Shown piece after piece: positions 9,270-15,954 of a stretch of 64,000 nt of DNA. The notes beneath the pieces are model-generated. The model did not search any database. It was not told the origin of the DNA and saw only the letters and a program-made list of their open reading frames with translations. A program made the position numbers and the translations under genes. This DNA comes from Candidatus Krumholzibacteriia bacterium (lineage in GTDB: Bacteria > Krumholzibacteriota > Krumholzibacteriia > JAJRXK01). The stretch spans positions 32,001-96,000 of the forward strand of contig JBGPIA010000008.1 in NCBI GenBank assembly GCA_041484665.1, read 5' to 3'. Position 1 is the first letter of the stretch; each line of letters begins with the position of its first letter.

Positions 9270-9766
9270 TCGTCGCCCGCCCCGGCGCGCCTGCGCATCC
9301 CGCCGCGAGCGGCCTGGCGAACCTTGCGGTCGAGGTCGCGCTCGGTCTCGCTGGCGCGCTTGTCGTAGAGCTTCTTGCCGCGGGCCAGCGCCAGCTCGCA
9401 CTTGACGTGGCCGTCCTTGAAGTAGAATGCGAGCGGGACGATGGTGAGCCCCTTCTGGGCGGTCTGGGCAGCGAGCTTGCGGATCTCGCGGCGGTGAAGC
9501 AGGAGCTTGCGCGGGCGGAACGGATCGTGGTTCATCCGGTTGCCCTGCTCATACGGGCTGATGTGGACGTTGCGCAGGATCACCTCTCCCCCCACCACGT
9601 CGGCGTATCCGTCGCCGAGGTTGCAAGCACCATTGCGCAGACTCTTCACCTCGGTGCCCGCGAGCGCGATCCCGGCCTCGTAGGTCTCGAGGATCTCGTA
9701 GTTGTGCCGGGCCTTGCGATTACTCGCGATGGGCTTGGTCTGCCCGCTCTTCTTGCGCTCGGCCAT
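9266..9766 (-). CDS. smpB: SsrA-binding protein SmpB
   Basis: NRKARHNY, EAGIALAGTEVKSLR, RKLLLHRREI and GKKLYDKR motifs. Confidence 0.98.
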   Translation of the reverse strand: MAERKKSGQTKPIASNRKARHNYEILETYEAGIALAGTEVKSLRNGACNLGDGYADVVGGEVILRNVHISPYEQGNRMNHDPFRPRKLLLHRREIRKLAAQTAQKGLTIVPLAFYFKDGHVKCELALARGKKLYDKRASETERDLDRKVRQAARGGMRRRAGAGDE

Positions 9767-9803
9767 GGCCAATCCACGTCGAAGAAACCGGCAGCGCCCG
9801 GAC

Positions 9804-9873
9804 GGCCCGCGCCTCAGGGCCCGCGCCCCAGGGCCCGCGCTGCGGGGCGCGCGCTGCGGGGCGCGCCTGCTGC
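9804..9873. repeat. 14-bp degenerate tandem repeat, 5 units
   Basis: ggcccgcgcctcag ggcccgcgccccag ggcccgcgctgcgg ggcgcgcgctgcgg ggcgcgcctgctgc. Confidence 0.7.
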
Positions 9874-10012
9874 GTGCCGGCCGCCCGACCGGCGCGAGTG
9901 CCCAAGCTATCAGATGCCCCCAAGGGCGGCAAGGCAACGGGGCGCGGCGAGCTGTCAGGGCGCCCGCGGAGCGCGCCGACGGACACGCGCGAACGCCGTC
10001 GGGCAGCCCAGC

Positions 10013-10041
10013 TTGACACCCTCCAGTGGCCGGACTACCAT
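10013..10041 (+). promoter_or_regulatory. Sigma70-type promoter of tRNA-Leu
   Basis: TTGACA-17 nt-TACCAT followed by a GC-rich discriminator, about 40 nt upstream of the tRNA. Confidence 0.75.
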
Positions 10042-10083
10042 GCCTCCCCCGCGCGGCGCCCGTTCCGCGCGCGGCCCATCCGT

Positions 10084-10165
10084 GCCCGGATGGCGGAATT
10101 GGCAGACGCGCTACGTTCAGGTCGTAGTGAGGAAACTCGTGGGAGTTCGAGTCTCCCTCCGGGCA
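10084..10165 (+). tRNA. tRNA-Leu(CAG), CCA not encoded
   Basis: GCCCGGA/TCCGGGC acceptor stem; CTACG-TTCAGGT-CGTAG anticodon arm; long variable arm; GTTCGAGTC T-loop. Confidence 0.96.
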
Positions 10166-10210
10166 CGCCCCATATCCGCACGTTTGGGCACTCCCCGGCC
10201 GACCAGCTGC

Positions 10211-10542
10211 TACGGCGAGGCCCCGTTCCTGGTGCCCGGGGATTCCTCCACTCCCAATGAAGCCTATTTCATTCGTGCCGAATGGGTCATCGAGCAGGCT
10301 CACCAGTGGGGTATGACCGTGTTCCTCTGCCCTGCGTGAGTCGGCTACCCATGTGGGAGCTCCGGCTGGTGCCAGGCGATGAAGCAGAACGGCCCCACGA
10401 AGATGGGCCGACTACGCCGACAGCACCAAGACGCCAGTCGAGATGCGTGCTGACGACGAGCGCACGGCCGTTCGTGTACATCGAGGGGCGCTACGAGTTC
10501 GAGGGAAACTGGACCGACCAGTGTGTGCGCAGCCAGGCCTGA
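10211..10542 (+). pseudogene. Remnant of a DUF4038/apiosidase-like glycoside hydrolase gene
   Basis: YGEAPFLVPGDSSTPNEAYFIRAEWVI...CPA*VGYPCGSSGWCQAMKQNG, then a frameshifted piece RPFVYIEGRYEFEG...VRSQA*; no start codon. Confidence 0.6.
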
Positions 10543-10865
10543 CGTTCATCAAGTAGGGGATCGAGACGGTGCAGGATTGGGTGCGGAGCACGGCGCCGCG
10601 CCCTGCTGCGTGCGCTGGGTTCAGCGTGCCGGGATTCCCGCGGCCGCGCGCAACGGAATGCAGCCCGGGCCGTACGCTCCAAGCAGGGTCTGCTCGCAGC
10701 GGAAACGGCCCGGGAATGACGCCAACGGACAGCGCCGACGGCGCCCGGCAGCCGCGGTCAACGCCAAGCCGCAGTGCCAACGCCGCCAGGCGGCCGAAGC
10801 TGATGCCGCGCGGCTGCGCGCGTCCCCCACGGTGCAGAGCCGCCAGACCGCTCCGAACGTTCGGC

Positions 10866-11294
10866 TCAGAACTGCACGTAGACCGCGCGGTGCTCTTCCA
10901 CGGCTAACGTCGCGGCATTCTGCAACGTTTCCTGGATGGATTTCTGATCGCCCGGATCCGCGACGGTCAGGTCCGTGCTGCTGCCAGGAGCCATTCCAGT
11001 CTTGGCCGATGCGCAGGTCACCTTGATCTCCATCGGCGTGAAGATCCCCAACGTCAGGAAATTAACCAGCTGGTTGACGAAGCTGAGCTGCGTCTCCACT
11101 TTCGCCACACCGTGGGGGCACAGCGCCATGGTCGAGATGGTCTTGGGAGGCACCAGCCCATAGATCCAACCGGGGGCGAACGCCTTCGTGATGACCTGCG
11201 TGGAGGGATCCAATCCGGTTTCGATGGTCGCGTGGTAGCAGCCACTCAGAGTGAGTAGTCCAATCGCAAGAGCTAGGCAGCTCCGAATTCTCAT
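10866..11294 (-). CDS. Bor/Iss-family lipoprotein with C-terminal extension
   Basis: Lipobox LSGC; WIYGLV, CPHGVAKVETQLSFVN and LTLGIFTP...VTC patterns. Confidence 0.8.
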   Translation of the reverse strand: MRIRSCLALAIGLLTLSGCYHATIETGLDPSTQVITKAFAPGWIYGLVPPKTISTMALCPHGVAKVETQLSFVNQLVNFLTLGIFTPMEIKVTCASAKTGMAPGSSTDLTVADPGDQKSIQETLQNAATLAVEEHRAVYVQF

Positions 11295-11438
11295 CGCTTC
11301 TCCTGTCGCGGTGCGATCTTGATGAGCTACAAACATCCAGCGTTCCCTACCCGCGCGGGGCGCCCTGCCTGGCGGCACGGGCCGCGCCGAAGCGGCCGGG
11401 GGTTGCGAGCGTTGATCCTCGCTCGCCCGATGATCGTG

Positions 11439-11777
11439 TCAATCGATTTCTCGCCTGAGCAATCGCGTCAGCGCAAGAACGGAGCCTCGCACCACCACCA
11501 CGACGGCAATGGCGGTCGGTGTGAGTCGGACGCCGGGCGCGAGCGCGGCCCCCAGGAGTCCAAGCGGCAGCAGCACTGCATAGGTGACGATGGCCCAGCG
11601 CTTCAGATTCCAGACGCCGACCAACGCTACGAGCTGCAGGACGAGGACGATGCCCGGCAGTAGGGCCGCACGGCTGCGCGCCTCGATGAGAAACCCGCTG
11701 GCGGCGAGCAGGGCCAACAGCTCGAGGCTCAGCAGCAGCCGCAGGGCGATTCGCGCGAGGTGCGTGCCGCGATCCAT
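11439..11777 (-). CDS. Small hypothetical membrane protein (about 4 TM)
   Basis: 112 aa with four hydrophobic segments; GAGAG upstream of ATG. Confidence 0.65.
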   Translation of the reverse strand: MDRGTHLARIALRLLLSLELLALLAASGFLIEARSRAALLPGIVLVLQLVALVGVWNLKRWAIVTYAVLLPLGLLGAALAPGVRLTPTAIAVVVVVRGSVLALTRLLRREID

Positions 11778-11804
11778 CGCAGCTCTCGTCGCCGGGCGCG
11801 CGCG

Positions 11805-12755
11805 CTACTTCACCAGCGTCATCGATCGCATGACCCACGCCCCGCCGTCTGAACGCAGGGCGGCGCGGTAGAGTCCGGCGGCGACGCCACGGCCCGAGTC
11901 GTCGGTCCCATCCCAGCGAACCTCGAACTGGCCTTCCGCGTGGTGCTGGTCGACCAGAGTGCGCACCCAGTGCCCACGCGCGTCCAGGATGCGCAGCTCC
12001 ACGCGCCCCTCGGCGGCGAGCGCCACGGTCAGCGTTGTGGCTGGGTTGAACGGGTTGGGATGGACCGATTCGAAGCGATATGGAGCCTGCGGCAGTGACA
12101 GCGGGCCGACCCCCACTCCCGAGATGGGATCGCCGTAGTCTTCGAGCTTGAACACGCGGTGACCCTCCACGCGGAACGTCCAGATGTGCTCGTGGATGCA
12201 GCCCGCAGGGCAGTCACCCCACCCATGGCGAAACGTGTAGGTGCCGAGGGACTCCGATGTGATGTCGTCTGGGTCGCCGATGGAGCCGCTGCGATAGACC
12301 GCCAGCACCCCACTCGCCTCCGCGTAGATCGGCCCCAGCACGGCGGGGTTGTAGCAGGTCTCGAAGCACAGGCTGACGCTGTCGAGGGTCGGCTGCACAT
12401 CGCAGACCCTCACCGGTCCGTACTGCGCGTTGAGCGCATCCATCCCCGTGTACGCCCCGGCCTGGAGCTCGGCGAACGCTTGCGGCGTGAGCCCAATGTA
12501 CAGCCGCCCCAGCGTACCCCGGGGACGTGCGTGGATGTTCGTCATGAGGGCGAAGGCCGCCCGAATGGCCGCGAGGTCGGACTCGACCTGGGCGACCAGC
12601 GCCGGCTCCGGGAGCAGCGCGCCCGAAAGATCCAGCGCGAGGATCACACCATCGGACTGCAGGCATCCCTGGGACGCCGCCGGGCCGGGAACGAGCGCCG
12701 CGAGCAGACCGGCGAGCGCGAGAGCGAGAGTCCGAGCGAGCAGGCGAGCGTCCAT
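11805..12755 (-). CDS. Secreted protein with C-terminal FlgD-Ig/T9SS-like domain
   Basis: Signal peptide; GWGDCPAGCIHEH motif; PNPFNPATT...WDGTDDSG..VAAGLY...MTLVK tail; GAGG RBS. Confidence 0.85.
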   Translation of the reverse strand: MDARLLARTLALALAGLLAALVPGPAASQGCLQSDGVILALDLSGALLPEPALVAQVESDLAAIRAAFALMTNIHARPRGTLGRLYIGLTPQAFAELQAGAYTGMDALNAQYGPVRVCDVQPTLDSVSLCFETCYNPAVLGPIYAEASGVLAVYRSGSIGDPDDITSESLGTYTFRHGWGDCPAGCIHEHIWTFRVEGHRVFKLEDYGDPISGVGVGPLSLPQAPYRFESVHPNPFNPATTLTVALAAEGRVELRILDARGHWVRTLVDQHHAEGQFEVRWDGTDDSGRGVAAGLYRAALRSDGGAWVMRSMTLVK

Positions 12756-12911
12756 GGACCACCTCAGGGTGGGAGTGCGATCGGGAGCCCGCGGGGACTG
12801 TGCAGCGCGGGGATGGGCGCGGTCAAGGCCGACCCCATTGAATTGCCCCGTTCGCCCTCCGTCGGGTGCCAAACTCGGGCAGTGTCGCTCCCGGGCGCCG
12901 CCCCCGTGGCC

Positions 12912-13586
12912 CTATGGCCGCTGCCCCTGCGTGAACTCGGGGTGCAGCTGCGGGTAGTCCAGCTCCAGCCGCACGTAGTAGCGCTCCGGGGCTTGCGCGC
13001 GCAGCTCCAGCTGCGCGTGGACTTCGACGTCCTCGTAGATGCGCAGGTAGATGCCCTCGGCAGTGGAGAGCTTGCCCTCGGTCGAGTTCCGTCGCAGCCG
13101 CGGGTCGCCGTAGCGGCCGGCGAGCCGGGCGTCGAGGCGCGAGAACAGCGTCAGCGGTCCGCGCGTGCCGCCGGAGATGTCGCGCCACAGCAGCTGGATC
13201 CGGTACAGAGGGCTGCGCGCTCGGTCGGCGGCGGCGTCGAGGAAATCACACACGAGCTCGACGCTTCGTCCCTCCAGCCTGCCTTCGTACCGCAAGCTGG
13301 TCGGCCGGCCCGGGCGCTCCTGGAGACCGAGACCGCGCACGACCTCGTCCACCGCGAGCCGATCCATGCCGAAACGGATCCCGTAGATGCCATCGGCCGG
13401 TGGCCCGTACCATCCCTGCCACGGTCCGCCTCCCGGGGCCTGCGCGACAACGATGATCGGGACAGCGCCACAGAGCAAGACAGCCAGCGCAAGCAGCCTG
13501 GCCCGTGAGACCCACTCGCACCAAGGCGTCGTGCGGCGGAACGCGCGCGTGTTAGCGTTGGCGGGGCTGCCGAGGTCCAGTGCCAA
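12912..13586 (-). CDS. Hypothetical exported protein (start uncertain)
   Basis: Hydrophobic signal-like segment LLALAVLLCGAVPIIVVA followed by GIYGIRFGM...; protein-like composition. Confidence 0.65.
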   Translation of the reverse strand: MALDLGSPANANTRAFRRTTPWCEWVSRARLLALAVLLCGAVPIIVVAQAPGGGPWQGWYGPPADGIYGIRFGMDRLAVDEVVRGLGLQERPGRPTSLRYEGRLEGRSVELVCDFLDAAADRARSPLYRIQLLWRDISGGTRGPLTLFSRLDARLAGRYGDPRLRRNSTEGKLSTAEGIYLRIYEDVEVHAQLELRAQAPERYYVRLELDYPQLHPEFTQGQRP

Positions 13587-13858
13587 CTGCGGGTCTCCCT
13601 GCGTGTGCGCCCCGAGCGGTCGCGGTGCGCCGCGGTCGGGGCGCGCTCCTGCCGAAGCGTCGGGCCGAGGCGGTTACCGGACAGCGCCGCGTCGGAGCGC
13701 CCCGCCGCACCGCATCGTCGGATCTCCGCGTCGGAGCGCCGCGCCGATGCGCCCTGGCAAGGTAGAGGCGCGGCGGGCCCGCGAGCAAGCCCGCGCTTGG
13801 GGCGAGTTCCCCTCGTGAAGTCCGGAGACGGCCCGTGCAGCGCCGAGCGGAGGTCGCC

Positions 13859-14422
13859 ATGACCGACTCTTCCGAACAGAGCGACGACCGTCTCTGCCCC
13901 CGCTGCCGCGCGCCGGTGGCAGCGGGCACGCCGCGTTGCCCCGCCTGTGCCTTTGTCCTGGTGCCAGACGACGCGCTCGCGCGAGCACAGGAGGCCACGC
14001 ACGAGCTCGGCGAGCGGCTGCGCGCCTCTCCCTACTTCCGCAACGCGAGCCTGCTCCCGTACGTGCCGCGCGGCCAGGTGCGAGGCTTCCTGGAGGATCC
14101 CTCCCACCCGCTGTCGCGCGATCTCTTGCGCTACCTGCATCGGATCGCAGTCGAAGGCGGGCGCGGCGGGTTGCGGCATCTGCTGGCACTGGCCGGCACG
14201 CGCTGGCTCACGGCGCGCGACCGCGCCCTCGCAGCGGCGATCGGCTACGTCTACCGGCGGCATCGTGCGCAGTTGCGCGAGCTCTCGGTTTCCGATGAAG
14301 CCGCAAGGCTGCGTGCCCTGCGCGATGGCCCCGCGCGCGGACAGCCTCCTGCGCAGGAGTTCGCGGCGATGCTGGAGGAAAGCTTCGCGCGCTGGCACGC
14401 GCAGCTGGCGCGTCCGACCTAG
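13859..14422 (+). CDS. Hypothetical protein with N-terminal zinc ribbon
   Basis: GGAGG RBS before ATG 13859; CPRC-x10-CPAC. Confidence 0.7.
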   Translation: MTDSSEQSDDRLCPRCRAPVAAGTPRCPACAFVLVPDDALARAQEATHELGERLRASPYFRNASLLPYVPRGQVRGFLEDPSHPLSRDLLRYLHRIAVEGGRGGLRHLLALAGTRWLTARDRALAAAIGYVYRRHRAQLRELSVSDEAARLRALRDGPARGQPPAQEFAAMLEESFARWHAQLARPT

Positions 14423-14461
14423 CGCGCCTCCAGCGGTCGCTCCGTCGCCGCTGCTCGAGGA

Positions 14462-15808
14462 TTACTGGATGTAGCCCAGCGCCCGCAGCTGCTCGAGGAT
14501 GCCCTTCTCGACGGCGGGGTCGTACTTGGCGGCGCCGCGCTGGTGGGGAGCCAGTGGCTCGTAGCTGGCGACCGCGTGCGTGAGCAGTCGGTCGACCCAG
14601 CGCTGGTAGCGAGGCTCCAGCACCTCCCCCAGGATGTGCCCGTCGAGGTCCTGCGCCGGCGGCACTCCGCTCAACACCAGGATCGTGGGCATGATGTCCT
14701 TGACCTCCGCCCTCTGCAGGCGCACGCCGGAGCGGATGTCCGGGCCTGCCATCATCAGGATGCCGTAGTCGGAGTGCATGCCGATACCCATGCTCAGCCC
14801 ATCGGCGGAGCTCCGGTACCCGTGGAAGCCGTGATCGCTGCAGACGATGACGCGGCTGCGCGGATCGACGTAGCCCAGCACCTCGCCCAGCAGCTCGTCG
14901 ACGTACTGGTAATAGTTGGGGATCAGCGAGTCGCACATCGCGATCTCCCACGGCTGCATGGCGAGACTGAGGCCCTTGGGCTTGAAGTACTGCCAGTACG
15001 TGTGCGACACCGCGTCGAGCCCGCGGAAGTAGAGGCTGAACACGTCGAAGCGACCGGGGGCATAGATCTTCCGGGCGGCGCGCCGGAACGTCTCGTCTGC
15101 CGCGTAGATCCACCGCAAGTCGCCCAACGTGCGCAGCGCCGAGTCCCCGTGTGCCCGCGCGATGCCGACGTCCACGAATCGCGCAAGCTGCTCCAGTGTG
15201 ATCGAGTCGGGGGACACGCGCAGCGAATCGACGGGGTGCCACAGCGAGTCGGGGGTGACGGCGCCCTGCACCTGGCTGCGCGGTCCGGGGAAGTACTGGG
15301 TGACGTAGTCGCTCACCAGCACTCCGTTGACGGGCGTTGGCGGATAGGTCATCCACCAGCCGATCACCGCCTGCTTGCGCCCCAGCGCGCCCAGAATCTC
15401 CCAGTAGGTGGCCGCCGTCCGCCCCGCCGATGTCTCCAGCCCCTGATCGTCCAGCTTCGTGAAGCCGCCCACGCCGTGCTTGTACGGACGCTTGCCCGTC
15501 GCGATCGAGGTCCAGATGGTGGGCGACTTCTGCGGCGGGCTGAGACTGCGCAGGGCGGCGCGCACGCCCCGCTGCTCCATGCCCGCGAAGTGCGGCATCT
15601 TCCCGGCGATGAGCTGCGGGTCGATCCAGGTCCAGTCGGCGCTGTCGAAGCCCACCAGCACGATCGGATCGCGCGCGGACGGCAGCGTCTTGGATCCGCA
15701 CCCCGCGCCGGCGAACACGCCCGCGAGGAGCGCCGCCAGCGTGAACGCAGCGCACGCGTGTGCGTCGACCGCGCACCTGCGCCGCGCACCGCTCACCCGA
15801 GGCTCCAC
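14462..15808 (-). CDS. Alkaline phosphatase superfamily (type I phosphodiesterase/nucleotide pyrophosphatase) lipoprotein
   Basis: GFDSAD, KSPTIWTSIATG, DAVSH, SDHGF and GMH motifs; C-terminal QLRALGYI; lipobox-like GAGC; start uncertain (GTG near 15808). Confidence 0.85.
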   Translation of the reverse strand: MEPRVSGARRRCAVDAHACAAFTLAALLAGVFAGAGCGSKTLPSARDPIVLVGFDSADWTWIDPQLIAGKMPHFAGMEQRGVRAALRSLSPPQKSPTIWTSIATGKRPYKHGVGGFTKLDDQGLETSAGRTAATYWEILGALGRKQAVIGWWMTYPPTPVNGVLVSDYVTQYFPGPRSQVQGAVTPDSLWHPVDSLRVSPDSITLEQLARFVDVGIARAHGDSALRTLGDLRWIYAADETFRRAARKIYAPGRFDVFSLYFRGLDAVSHTYWQYFKPKGLSLAMQPWEIAMCDSLIPNYYQYVDELLGEVLGYVDPRSRVIVCSDHGFHGYRSSADGLSMGIGMHSDYGILMMAGPDIRSGVRLQRAEVKDIMPTILVLSGVPPAQDLDGHILGEVLEPRYQRWVDRLLTHAVASYEPLAPHQRGAAKYDPAVEKGILEQLRALGYIQ

Positions 15809-15842
15809 GCCGTCCTCCCTGCACACGACGGATGCTGGAAAC

Positions 15843-15941
15843 GCACGCGGACTGTGCGCGGGCTGCGCACGGACTGCACGCTCGATGCGCACCGACCGGT
15901 CCCTCGCTGCGCGCTCGCTGTGCGCGGACTGCACGCTGTGC
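15843..15941. repeat. 11-bp degenerate tandem repeat, 9 units
   Basis: gcacgcggact gtgcgcgggct gcgcacggact gcacgctcgat gcgcaccgacc ggtccctcgct gcgcgctcgct gtgcgcggact gcacgctgtgc. Confidence 0.65.
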
Positions 15942-15954
15942 GCGCGCGAGTGGA

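Noticed and set aside
4065..9766. amidase-GerMN-murI-rph-rdgB linkage as novel
   Set aside because: Known conserved neighbourhood in many bacteria
9767..10083. tmRNA next to smpB
   Set aside because: No GGGG 5' end, T-arm/CCA end or tag-peptide frame recognised
9767..10303. N-terminal extension of smpB in the ORF track
   Set aside because: It runs antisense through tRNA-Leu and its promoter; SmpB homology starts at 9766
10337..10542. TGA recoding (Sec/Trp) in the DUF4038-like fragment
   Set aside because: The fragment also has a frameshift and no start, and TGA is the normal stop for many genes here; decay is the simpler explanation
10740..10865. Integron attC site after the Bor-like gene
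   Set aside because: GCCGAAC follows the stop, but no matching L boxes or convincing R' box, no second cassette and no intI
10166..14460. Integrative element or prophage at tRNA-Leu
   Set aside because: No integrase, transposase or phage gene, and no duplicated tRNA 3' end (att) seen by eye
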